From a virus: a stretch of DNA of 64,000 nt. Below the pieces are notes generated by a model that saw only the letters and a list, made by a program, of their open reading frames with translations, was not told the DNA's origin and did not search any database. The DNA lies in the IMG/VR virus record IMGVR_UViG_3300035670_000147, positions 1 through 64,000 of that record; one strand, 5' to 3'. The translations under genes and the position numbers were made by a program. Shown here piece by piece: positions 18,419-27,345 of this stretch. Positions within the stretch are counted from its first letter, which is position 1. Each line of letters begins with the position of its first letter.

Positions 18419-18419
18419 A

Positions 18420-18563
18420 TTGAGTACGCCGCTGCTCGCCGCCGTTGGACTAGTGTATTTCTACGTCGCCTGCGAGCAGTGGTGGAAGGGCAATACGGCC
18501 GGCTTTGCGCTGTTCATGAATTACGGCTGTGCCAATATCGCATTAATCTGGTATATGAAATAG
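18420..18563 (+). CDS. 47-aa membrane protein
   Basis: TTG start; MSTPLLAAVGLVYFYVACEQWWKG...YMK*. Confidence 0.5.
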   Translation: MSTPLLAAVGLVYFYVACEQWWKGNTAGFALFMNYGCANIALIWYMK

Positions 18564-18572
18564 GAGAGCATC

Positions 18573-19607
18573 ATGGCTAAAGGACTCGACGTCGGAACTT
18601 CTTTTATCGTGCTGGCCTCGGACTCAGACGCCCCGATTAGTTACACCAGCGACGACAAGTTCGGGTACGTCAAATACACCGATTTCCGCGACGCCTTTTT
18701 CGTCATTAAGCCTACGACGCCAGTCGCCACGAAGATGATTGAAAAGGGCTTGCAGGGAAAAGTGTTCGTGAAAGACACGGACGGCTCATTTATCATTCTC
18801 GGTCAAGACGCGATCGAAAAAGCCATCGAGCGTAACGAGTCGGCCAAGCGCCCCATGTATCGCGGCGTTGTAAGCCCCAAAGAAAAAGAAGCGAAGCGCG
18901 TGCTGGCCTACATTCTCCAGCAGGTGTGCGGCCAAGCCAGCGAGCCGGACGAAAAGTTGGTGTTCTGTATTCCGGCCCAGCCCGTCGATCAAGAAGACGA
19001 CGAGTTTGATGTCGGATATCACGAAGATGTGGTCAAAACCGTGCTGCAGGGCCAAGGGTACAGCGCGCGGGCGATCAACGAGGCGGAAGCCCTGTGCTAC
19101 TCGGAGTTGGAGAACGACGATTACACTGGCGTGGCGCTGTCGTGGGGCGCCGGCATGGTGAACTGCTGCGTCATGCTCAACGGCGAGCCCACGGTGACGT
19201 TCTCGACCACGAAATCGGGCGACTGGATCGACCGCATGTCGGGCATTGCGACGGGCGAGCCGGATAGCGTCGTGCAGGCCGAGAAAGAAAATGGCGAGTT
19301 CGTAATTGGCGAACAGAATGACAATCCGGTTCTCGCCGCGGTCAGCGCCTACTATGAGCGGCTGATCGACTACACCACGAAGCAATTGGCAAATGCGCTC
19401 CGCGGGCACAAAGCCTTGCCCAAGTTCAAGAGTCCTTTGCTCGTCGCGTTAGCCGGCGGAACAACGCAGGCGCAGGGTTTTGTGGCGATGTTTGAAAAGA
19501 AACTGGCGGAGAATGAGTTTCCGTTGCCGGTCAAAGAAGTGCGCCACGCCGCAGACCCTTTACACGCAGTTGCCCGCGGTTGTTTGATTGCTGCCAAAGT
19601 GCTCTGA
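18573..19607 (+). CDS. actin-like ATPase (MreB/ParM/FtsA superfamily)
   Basis: Phosphate-1 GLDVGTS, connect NEAEA, phosphate-2 LSWGAG, adenosine LAGGT, C-terminal AVARG. Confidence 0.85.
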   Translation: MAKGLDVGTSFIVLASDSDAPISYTSDDKFGYVKYTDFRDAFFVIKPTTPVATKMIEKGLQGKVFVKDTDGSFIILGQDAIEKAIERNESAKRPMYRGVVSPKEKEAKRVLAYILQQVCGQASEPDEKLVFCIPAQPVDQEDDEFDVGYHEDVVKTVLQGQGYSARAINEAEALCYSELENDDYTGVALSWGAGMVNCCVMLNGEPTVTFSTTKSGDWIDRMSGIATGEPDSVVQAEKENGEFVIGEQNDNPVLAAVSAYYERLIDYTTKQLANALRGHKALPKFKSPLLVALAGGTTQAQGFVAMFEKKLAENEFPLPVKEVRHAADPLHAVARGCLIAAKVL

Positions 19608-19691
19608 TTTTTGCCACGCAGATAGACGCGCCCATCGACCCTTGGTACGATGGGCGCTTTCTTTTTTGAGGCGCGGAGCAAGGACGGCGTT

Positions 19692-20147
19692 ATGCGCAAG
19701 CAGGCTTTTGATGGAATTATTATTGCACACCTTGGCAACACAGATGGGCGGCAACCGGAGTTAGAAAACACGCTGCCGTATATTCAAAAAGCGTTAAAAG
19801 AAGGCTGGCACGTTTGCGTCGATGTCGTATTTAAATACGGGCAATTTCTGTTACCGCACGCCCGCGGCCACTATGCCGCCCCGCCGGCCCTGCTTTCTAA
19901 GCAGCGTGTTTGGAGCCGCGCCTTTGACGCCGACACCGTCGACGCGTTGTGCAACATTGGCGCCCATTGTTTTTTACATAGCGACAATTTTATGTCGTTA
20001 ACAAGCGCGCAGTTTATTTTTACATTGCCGCCACATGTGCTTTCACCCCGATCGATCGCTATGTTTCCGGAAACAACTAGCGACGACTGGTTAAAAAATT
20101 TTGAGCCAGCGGGGCTATGCAGCAACGAGCCGCGCCGGTATATCTAG
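19692..20147 (+). CDS. glycerophosphodiester phosphodiesterase-like protein
   Basis: IIAHLGN...ENT...ALKEGWHVCVDV pattern. Confidence 0.6.
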   Translation: MRKQAFDGIIIAHLGNTDGRQPELENTLPYIQKALKEGWHVCVDVVFKYGQFLLPHARGHYAAPPALLSKQRVWSRAFDADTVDALCNIGAHCFLHSDNFMSLTSAQFIFTLPPHVLSPRSIAMFPETTSDDWLKNFEPAGLCSNEPRRYI

Positions 20148-20208
20148 TCTCGTTCTTTGACAATTTGCCCGCACACGCTACCGGTCAAACCCCGGTAGTT
20201 TGTATAAT

Positions 20209-20442
20209 TGGTGTGTACCGTAAGTTGACCGTGGTGGTCGGTCGGTTAGGGTTGGAGCCAACGCAGGGATGCGGCAGCGACAACATGGTTTCGTGGTCAG
20301 GTTTAGTCGTGAACACGATCGGAGGCGCGGCGAATACCACACAGGGCGAAATTCCTTGCCCTCGAAAGTTGCCGTGAAGCCTTGATTTTTATCAAGGTCG
20401 GACCCGCGGAAAGGGGATCGCGGGGGCTTGCGGTACACACCA
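20209..20442 (+). ncRNA. candidate structured ncRNA (about 230 nt), family unknown
   Basis: 18-bp closing stem 20209-20226/20425-20442 with G-U pairs, many internal hairpins, TATAAT just upstream, T-run downstream. Confidence 0.6.
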
Positions 20443-20481
20443 TTTTTGACAAAAGAAACGACATTTACTGGTTTACGGTCT

Positions 20482-20847
20482 ATGCTCGATGATTTTATTG
20501 CATCTTTATCCGTGTTTGCGGCCTCGTTCGGCGTTTCGGCGTTCGCGGGGTTGGCGACCCTTTTGCGTTTCAGCCGCAAACTTTCTAAACTAGCGATTAC
20601 CAGCGCAATGCTGAATTCGGGGTTTATGGGCCTCGCCATTTCGTTGATTTGGTACCAAAACTACCGAGAAGCCGCGAACATTCATGGGTTAATTGGTATT
20701 TGTGTCCTTGCCGGCATGGGTGGTTCCACGCTGACCGACGTTTTAATTTCTGTGCTGTCGGGCGCCGGCATCAAAGTCGTCATTAATCACGAGAGGGACC
20801 GCGATGAACTCCACTGCCCCCACGACAGCGAGCGATCCAATGATTGA
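20482..20847 (+). CDS. putative holin (LydA-like)
   Basis: Three TM segments, GLAxLLR and LAGMGG patterns, charged C-terminus. Confidence 0.6.
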   Translation: MLDDFIASLSVFAASFGVSAFAGLATLLRFSRKLSKLAITSAMLNSGFMGLAISLIWYQNYREAANIHGLIGICVLAGMGGSTLTDVLISVLSGAGIKVVINHERDRDELHCPHDSERSND

Positions 20848-21007
20848 CCAACACGTGCGCAATCAGATGAGTTTAATGGCGTGGGTAATGACATTTTTGT
20901 GCGGGTGGGTTATGTTTCTTTCAGCGTACGTGTGTGTAGCATGCCACCGAGCCGAGGCTAACGATACCGCAACGACAAAAACGACCGCCGTGACAGCCCG
21001 GCACTAA
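20804..21007 (+). CDS. small single-pass membrane protein
   Basis: One TM segment; overlaps the end of the holin gene. Confidence 0.5.
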   Translation: MNSTAPTTASDPMIDQHVRNQMSLMAWVMTFLCGWVMFLSAYVCVACHRAEANDTATTKTTAVTARH

Positions 21008-21025
21008 AACTTTTGCGGGTTTGCC

Positions 21026-22948
21026 ATGGATGGCTTCTCTATTCTTGACGGCGTGTGGCGGAAACCGCTGACGAGCCAGCGCGAATACCACGTCGGCAAC
21101 GCGATTGGGTGGCTGGCGCGCACAGAAAAACAAGCCGCCACGCAACACGCCCTCGCCGGCCGGCTGTATGTGGCGAAAAGCGGCTGGCTACTCCTCTCGG
21201 TTCCGAACGCGCTGGTCCGGGGCGTCTACGACGCGATGACCGCCCCCGGCGCCGAACTTCCGCTGGCGGGCACTATGAATGTGCCCAACGTAGCCAGCGA
21301 TGTCTTGAACGCGCATATTTCGGTCATGACCGCCGAAGAAGTCAAAAAGATCGGCGCTGAAAATATCAATGAGCGCGGGCACATGGTCGGCTACTCGCTG
21401 GGCCACCTAAAAGAAATCACGCCGAGGAACGTTGCCGGCGTGAGCAAGGTCTGGGCGCTGCAGGTCTCGTCGCCCATGCTCTCGGCGATTCGTAAAAGTT
21501 ACGGGCTACAGCCGTTCGTAAATGGCCACCCGTTCCACATTACCGTTGCCGTGCGCCGGAAAAACGTGCTGCAGGCCAATAGCACGCGCAAAGCCGCGGC
21601 GGCCGCTAAAAGCCCGCAGCCCCGTGTGCGCGTCGTCGTGCCGTACAAAGACCAGTATTTGATGGAAACGCTCAATAACTCGAAGTGGCCTGAAAATATC
21701 GGCAAACGGCGATTTATCGGTGGCGGTATCGAAACGGGCGAAACACCAGAACAGGCCGCTGCGCGTGAGTTATTCGAAGAACTCGGCGTGAAGATCAAAC
21801 CGACCGCTTTTCGCGCTTTAGGTAACGATCCGCGCGAAGGATGGCAGCACGAGCATTATCTGGAACTGCCCAAGCACAAACTCAAGCCCGGAAATTTTAA
21901 CGCTACCGTTGGTTCTGACGCCGTGGTCACGCTTTCGCACGGGCTGCCCGAAGGCGACGATTATATGGGGCCAGACATCAAAAAACTGCTTGCTCCTGTT
22001 TTGAAGAAGGCAAATGACCTGCTTCACGGCGGCGCGGCAGACAATATGTCCGACAGTAAATTTCCCAAAGAAGAACTTGCCGAAGGAGCAGAGCATGAGC
22101 GCGAGCACACCGACAATGACCAAATCGCCAAAGAAATTGCCAAAGATCATCTGCAAGAAGACCCGGCCTACTACAAAAAAGTAGAGGCGATTGAAAAAGA
22201 CGCGGCTACAGCAGTGGTGCCGGTACCGCAGCCGCCGAAGCCGCCAGAAATGCGGGAAGATGTAACCGCCCCGCCTGAGATGCCCCCGCCCCCGACAGCC
22301 GACGTCGCGTTTGGTGTTGTCCCGCCGCCGGCTCTCCCGCCATCCGGGCAGCAACTCCAAAGCCCGCAGCAGACCCCAGAGCAAGAAGAGCAAGATAAAC
22401 AAGCAGAGTCTAAGGCGCTCTTGTTAGCCGAACTTCAAGCGGCAAAAGAGCACTCAGATAACAAGCGGTACGAACTAAAAACGCAAATTTTGCGGCGATT
22501 AATGCAACAATCGCCGCAAGACTGGCGTGTAGACGATCCAAAACCCTACCACAAAGGCATTACGCACGGGCCGACCAAGTTTAAGTTTCACGTCGAGCCG
22601 ACAGCGATTCCGGCGTCCGTAAAAGCCGCGGCCCGCCAGCCGCGCAGCGCGTACATGTCGGCGCTCTATAACTCGTACGGTCTGCATCGACCAATTACGT
22701 ACAACTACAACAAAACAGTTGCCGAAAACATTCAGGATCAAATGATGATGGTAAAGCAGCGCGGCGACTTCATGCGCAACGCTAAAATTAATCATCAGCG
22801 ATACATGGCCACGCTCGACCCCAAATACCGGTATGAGTTAGCAATGAAAGCCATGAATAACGAACTCGAAGAAGAGCCGATGGTCGACAAAATGATCGGG
22901 CGGTATGGCGATAGTTTTATGAACACGATTTTTGGGAGGCCGAAATGA
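21026..22948 (+). CDS. multidomain protein: 2H phosphoesterase + Nudix hydrolase + DUF5661-like + others
   Basis: HISV/HITV pair; Nudix box GGGIETGETPEQAAARELFEELG; GAEHEREHT...AKDHL.EDP.YY; domains separated by EKQA, RKAA, KKAN, EKDA, DKQA, VKAA. Confidence 0.8.
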   Translation: MDGFSILDGVWRKPLTSQREYHVGNAIGWLARTEKQAATQHALAGRLYVAKSGWLLLSVPNALVRGVYDAMTAPGAELPLAGTMNVPNVASDVLNAHISVMTAEEVKKIGAENINERGHMVGYSLGHLKEITPRNVAGVSKVWALQVSSPMLSAIRKSYGLQPFVNGHPFHITVAVRRKNVLQANSTRKAAAAAKSPQPRVRVVVPYKDQYLMETLNNSKWPENIGKRRFIGGGIETGETPEQAAARELFEELGVKIKPTAFRALGNDPREGWQHEHYLELPKHKLKPGNFNATVGSDAVVTLSHGLPEGDDYMGPDIKKLLAPVLKKANDLLHGGAADNMSDSKFPKEELAEGAEHEREHTDNDQIAKEIAKDHLQEDPAYYKKVEAIEKDAATAVVPVPQPPKPPEMREDVTAPPEMPPPPTADVAFGVVPPPALPPSGQQLQSPQQTPEQEEQDKQAESKALLLAELQAAKEHSDNKRYELKTQILRRLMQQSPQDWRVDDPKPYHKGITHGPTKFKFHVEPTAIPASVKAAARQPRSAYMSALYNSYGLHRPITYNYNKTVAENIQDQMMMVKQRGDFMRNAKINHQRYMATLDPKYRYELAMKAMNNELEEEPMVDKMIGRYGDSFMNTIFGRPK

Positions 22949-23190
22949 GTTGGCTACCCGACTGGCTCACCCGCCCAAAACCGTCGACACCCAACGTGCC
23001 GATAGATGAACCGGGCCGCACGCCGTGGTTGCGCGTGTGGCGGCTACTTCGCGACGTAAACTTAAAAGATTTGTGGCCGGTTGTTATTAGCGTACCAACG
23101 ATTGTTTTTTTTGCTATCAGCGGTTTTATCGCGTGGGTGTATCTTCTGCTGCGCGCCGTAGTGCTTTTTGTGCGCAAACTCTTTAGGTAA
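22945..23190 (+). CDS. small membrane protein
   Basis: C-terminal TM helix. Confidence 0.6.
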   Translation: MSWLPDWLTRPKPSTPNVPIDEPGRTPWLRVWRLLRDVNLKDLWPVVISVPTIVFFAISGFIAWVYLLLRAVVLFVRKLFR

Positions 23191-23213
23191 CGAAACAGCG
23201 GGGACACGGGATA

Positions 23214-24302
23214 ATGATTGATGTTTCTTTATGGCGGGCTGTTCCAGAGCGCGTTGCGGACTTATTGCCGCGCGCGATAGAAATTGGCCACGCCTACATT
23301 AAAGTTGCCGAACAAACCGGCGACCTCGCCGGCAGCACGGCGACGTGGCTCGTCGATGAAGACGTGCTTGTGTGCTACCGCCCGAACGCGAAACGCGCGG
23401 TCAAATTTGGGCATCTCGATAATGGGCGGTGTTTCCGCATCCGCGATATTAACGACAAACCGGATGTCGAAAAAGAAATTCTGATTAAGAAAGCCGCGCT
23501 GCCCGGCGTCAGCCATGTTTGGGATTTTGCGAACAAAGCCCTGCTCGGCCCAACGCCCCTGTCGAACGCGATTGTGTCCGGTTTAATGCTCGGCGGTTTG
23601 GGTTACGGCGCCGGCACGCTCGCTGAAAACTTGTTTCCGGAAAGATATTTAGAGCGGGGCAAGTTTCGCCGAACGCTTGGGCTGCTCGGCGCTGGCGCGG
23701 GTTTGGGCCTTGGCGCAATGAATGCGCACGCGAACGGCCGCCGTACCGGAAAAGGTTTTTGGTCCGGCCTGATTACGCGCAACGATTCAGATGTGTCGCA
23801 GTACACGCCTGAATCTCGGATTGCAGCCCGCGGCCTAAACGCGCGCGAGCGCCTTGGAATTGCCAAACAGCCGGCCGTAAAAACAAGCGCCGCAGAAACG
23901 GTGAAAGAAAGTTTTCAGCAGTTCCCGTCGCAGTTGCGGCAGCCCGGGCTGTTTGCGCCGATCGTTAACGTGCCGCAATTTAATCAGGCCGCGTGGGGCG
24001 ACGTGCAACGCGGTATGCACACTAATAATTTTCAAAATTACACGCCGCCGCAGTTCGCCGCGGCGACGACCGGTTTAATGACGGGAATTAGCGCGGCACA
24101 ACGGTCGCCGATTATTCGGCCGGTTGACGTCATTCGCGGCATTGCGTCGGCGGGCGTTGGGCTCGCCACGGCGAATCTTGCTGGCCGCACGTTATCGGCG
24201 CTGGCGGGTTTAACACCGGCGGGACAAGAAAAATTACAGGATATGGGGCTGTGGGGTGGTATGATGCATGCTGTCGTACCCGCAATGTTTGGCAATCGTT
24301 AA
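23214..24302 (+). CDS. Gly-zipper putative virion protein
   Basis: IKKAA and VKTSA motifs; Gly-rich hydrophobic segments. Confidence 0.65.
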   Translation: MIDVSLWRAVPERVADLLPRAIEIGHAYIKVAEQTGDLAGSTATWLVDEDVLVCYRPNAKRAVKFGHLDNGRCFRIRDINDKPDVEKEILIKKAALPGVSHVWDFANKALLGPTPLSNAIVSGLMLGGLGYGAGTLAENLFPERYLERGKFRRTLGLLGAGAGLGLGAMNAHANGRRTGKGFWSGLITRNDSDVSQYTPESRIAARGLNARERLGIAKQPAVKTSAAETVKESFQQFPSQLRQPGLFAPIVNVPQFNQAAWGDVQRGMHTNNFQNYTPPQFAAATTGLMTGISAAQRSPIIRPVDVIRGIASAGVGLATANLAGRTLSALAGLTPAGQEKLQDMGLWGGMMHAVVPAMFGNR

Positions 24303-24312
24303 AGGAGCCGTT

Positions 24313-24687
24313 ATGACTACGTCAAAGAAAAGTGTGGCAACTAAAGTAGAAGAATTGCGCTCATTCGGCGAAGCCGCCGAAGGCACCGCGCTCGAAGGGC
24401 TTGATAAGTGGCTCACGCCAGAGTTTTGGACAATGGCGCTCACCGCGGCTTCTAACATTATTGCCGTACTGGCGCTCGTTGGCTGGCTCGACCACTCTCA
24501 AGTTGAAACTGTAACCAAAGCCGTCACGGCCTTAATTGGCGCCGTTGAGGTTATTTTGATCAACGGGTTGCTGGTCTGGAAGTACCTGTCCGGCCGACAG
24601 GAGATCGCGAAGCAAATTATGGCGTCGCGGTTGCGGATTCGCGAAGAAGTTGAGTACGCAAAATTGCAAGCGTTAAAATCTAGGTGA
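24313..24687 (+). CDS. two-TM membrane protein (holin-like)
   Basis: AAGGAG RBS; two TM helices. Confidence 0.6.
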   Translation: MTTSKKSVATKVEELRSFGEAAEGTALEGLDKWLTPEFWTMALTAASNIIAVLALVGWLDHSQVETVTKAVTALIGAVEVILINGLLVWKYLSGRQEIAKQIMASRLRIREEVEYAKLQALKSR

Positions 24688-24690
24688 TTT

Positions 24691-25104
24691 ATGGACGAGG
24701 GCGCTCTTGCAGACCGGATCAAAGCATCTCCGGCGTTGTCAGCGTTACACGACGACATTGCCAGAGAATTAGCCTTTCATTCGGAACACAGTGTGCAATT
24801 TGATCCGATTACGATCATCATGATTATTTCAATCGTGGTGCAAGTAATCATTCACTGCCGCAACAAGCGCAGTGACGAGCAAATTGCGCAAGATATTCGC
24901 GACATTAGAACGCTTCCGCCGCGCCAATTAATGCGGCTCCGACGGCGTTTAAACAGATTGTGGCGAGACCGTTGCGGGGGTTACGACGCGAGCCCGAACG
25001 CAACGAATCCGCTAATCACTGCGTTGTACGAAGTAAGCGAGCGCGCAGACGACGAAACTATTAGTGAACTTTTACTGCTGGCGCGTCAGAATGAAAATGG
25101 GTAA
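24691..25104 (+). CDS. membrane-associated hypothetical protein
   Basis: FDPITIIMIISIVVQVIIHC hydrophobic segment. Confidence 0.65.
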   Translation: MDEGALADRIKASPALSALHDDIARELAFHSEHSVQFDPITIIMIISIVVQVIIHCRNKRSDEQIAQDIRDIRTLPPRQLMRLRRRLNRLWRDRCGGYDASPNATNPLITALYEVSERADDETISELLLLARQNENG

Positions 25105-25109
25105 GAAAT

Positions 25110-25937
25110 ATGGCACGGAAGCCGAAACAGACAACTGAAAGCAAAAACGTCATTCCAACGAGTCAGGCGTTAAAGTATTTGTTCAACCTTGGATATTTCG
25201 GAAAAGACCCGTGGTCGAAGGTTCGGTCAATACGCGGCAAGGAACTGGAAAAGGCCATTGCTGCGTATCAAGAGTTTAACGGGATTGAGCCGTGCGGGTG
25301 TGTAAACGACGTGACGGCCCACCGATTCAATCGGCGGCGGTGCGGGCTGCCGGACTTCGGGCTCACAGACCCGAACGGCGAGCCGTGCAAGTGGCCGATG
25401 AAAAACATTACGTACTATCACGAAATTAAAATGCCGGGATTGAGCGACGAGCAGGTTCGTGAGGCGTATGACGTCGCGTTCAGTCAGTGGGCCGAGGTTT
25501 GCAACATTGAACCGACCCGCGTTGACAGCCCGGCTCGTGCCAACATTTATGCGCGTTCCGGGACCGGCCGAAAAAATCATCTCGATAATCGCGGCGGCAC
25601 ATTAGCGTGGAGTGAGTTACCGTGCGGCGTTCATGAAACTATTCAGTTAGACCAGATGTACGACGAGGCTGAGCCGTGGTCGTTTAACATGGCTATCGCA
25701 GTGATGTGTCACGAACTCGGACACGCGCTTGGCCTGCCGCATTTAAACGATGGTAATTTAATGGCCCCGTACTACGACCCGAATGTGACGGCGCCGCAGA
25801 AAGATGATATTAAAGAAATCGTAAAGTTATACGGGAAACGCGCGCAAAAGTACCCCATTACGAAAGACGCGTCGCTAAAAATTGGCGGCACAATCGTAAT
25901 TAACGGTCGCCCGTATGTACTCGTGCCAAAAACCTGA
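25110..25937 (+). CDS. matrixin-family (M10) metalloprotease with PG-binding-like prodomain
   Basis: AIAAYQEFNGI..G (PGBD-like), cysteine switch RRCGLPD, HELGHALGLPH, Met-turn LMAPYY. Confidence 0.9.
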   Translation: MARKPKQTTESKNVIPTSQALKYLFNLGYFGKDPWSKVRSIRGKELEKAIAAYQEFNGIEPCGCVNDVTAHRFNRRRCGLPDFGLTDPNGEPCKWPMKNITYYHEIKMPGLSDEQVREAYDVAFSQWAEVCNIEPTRVDSPARANIYARSGTGRKNHLDNRGGTLAWSELPCGVHETIQLDQMYDEAEPWSFNMAIAVMCHELGHALGLPHLNDGNLMAPYYDPNVTAPQKDDIKEIVKLYGKRAQKYPITKDASLKIGGTIVINGRPYVLVPKT

Positions 25938-25969
25938 TAGAATCATACGCGTCTTGCAAGGAGATAATT

Positions 25970-26251
25970 ATGACCCAGTTTCAAATGCTTGCACTTGGTT
26001 TATTTCTCGGCGTCACGGCTGTCGCCTACCGTAAAGAACTTGTTTCTTTGGCGAAAGCCCTGCTGAAGCGCGGCGGCGTTGAAACCCCCGCTGTACAGCA
26101 GTCGATCGCCGTGACGATCGTCGACGATCTTGTGTCTGTAACCGAACTCCGCGACAAATTGGCCGCAGAGGATTGCCCGCAGGGTGTTGAGGCGTGCACA
26201 AATTTACTGCGCGTAATCGTCGAACACATCCCGCCGGCAAAAACCGTCTGA
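25970..26251 (+). CDS. N-anchored small protein
   Basis: GGAG RBS; N-terminal TM. Confidence 0.65.
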   Translation: MTQFQMLALGLFLGVTAVAYRKELVSLAKALLKRGGVETPAVQQSIAVTIVDDLVSVTELRDKLAAEDCPQGVEACTNLLRVIVEHIPPAKTV

Positions 26252-26275
26252 TAACCCCGATCGGGAGTAATTTCA

Positions 26276-26725
26276 ATGAAAAAGTTAGTTTGGGTCGCCG
26301 GTTTGTTGCTTATTGTGGCGCTCTTATACCCGAACGGGATTTCTCTGCCGACGCCGTCTCCGGAGCCCGTACCCGTTCCGGCGCCGGACGACGTTGTTGA
26401 CACGAATCCCGAAATTGTTTCTCTCCTCGCCAACGCGACAGCGGAAGATAAGCAACGCATCGCCGGCACGTACGAGGGTATGCTTCGGGTTTTTACGCGC
26501 GACAAAGGCACCCGCGTGAAGACGACCGAGCAGTGGGCCGATTTTCAGGCAAACACATTGCAGTTAGCGATTGATACGCCCGGTAAATATCCGGGACTAG
26601 ACGTTGCGATTGAAAATGTGTTTAAGACACAACTTGGCACAGACGATGTGCTGCCGACAAATCCTGAAACGCAACAGCAGATTAACAAGGCTTGCCGAAT
26701 TATTATCGCTTCGGCGCGTAAATGA
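26276..26725 (+). CDS. exported/membrane-anchored protein with Pro linker
   Basis: Signal/TM segment followed by PTPSPEPVPVPAP. Confidence 0.7.
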   Translation: MKKLVWVAGLLLIVALLYPNGISLPTPSPEPVPVPAPDDVVDTNPEIVSLLANATAEDKQRIAGTYEGMLRVFTRDKGTRVKTTEQWADFQANTLQLAIDTPGKYPGLDVAIENVFKTQLGTDDVLPTNPETQQQINKACRIIIASARK

Positions 26726-26895
26726 TTTGGTGGCACACATTTGCGATAGGTGGTTCCATGACTGGGATCGATCCCTTTCTGGCAGCATTTGTTATTTTGT
26801 GGTGCCTGTTTCTTTTTTTTGTTATCATAGGCAGTGTGTTGCCGCAGCGTCCTCTAACGCCGCGGTTGTCTGTTTTTGAGCAAAGGAGAGAGTCT

Positions 26896-27276
26896 ATGGC
26901 TGACGTTTTAACTTACGCTGTTTCTGCCGCACCGGTCGCTGAAGGCGACGTTGTGACCCGCGAACTCAGCGTGGTTATCAACGGAGTGGAACAACCTGTT
27001 GTTTCTTTTCCGGGTTACGCGGTCGATCTCGGCACCGTGGAGGCGCCGCAGGATTCTGAAGTAGTATTACGGCTTGTCGACGTCGATGACGCCGGCAACC
27101 GATCCGAACCGGCTGAAGTAACGTTCGTCGCTGTCGATACGCTGCCGCCGTCCGTTCCGGGCGCGCTCGGCGTGGCGCTGGTCGGCGAAAAGACAGTCGC
27201 TGACGAGGTCGTCGATGAAGTTGTCGACGAAGTCGTGGACGGCGAAGAGTCGAACGAAGACGTTACGGGTGCGTGA
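26896..27276 (+). CDS. Fn3/Ig-like acidic protein
   Basis: AAGGAG RBS; VDDAGNRS...DTLPPSVPG motif; an in-frame upstream extension with a TM segment starts at 26722. Confidence 0.6.
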   Translation: MADVLTYAVSAAPVAEGDVVTRELSVVINGVEQPVVSFPGYAVDLGTVEAPQDSEVVLRLVDVDDAGNRSEPAEVTFVAVDTLPPSVPGALGVALVGEKTVADEVVDEVVDEVVDGEESNEDVTGA

Positions 27277-27294
27277 CGATTAAAATCGGTTAAC

Positions 27295-27322
27295 GCCCCT
27301 GCCGCCGAAAGGCGGCGGGGGC
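27295..27322 (+). terminator. strong GC hairpin with GAAA loop (terminator or stabiliser)
   Basis: GCCCCTGCCGCC-GAAA-GGCGGCGGGGGC; weak U-tract. Confidence 0.45.
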
Positions 27323-27345
27323 TTAACCCCAACCACAATCTACTT

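Noticed and set aside
20209-20442. RNase P RNA, tmRNA or tRNA identity for the structured RNA
   Set aside because: Lacks GAGGAAAGUCC and a T-loop; the terminal CCA is inside the closing stem
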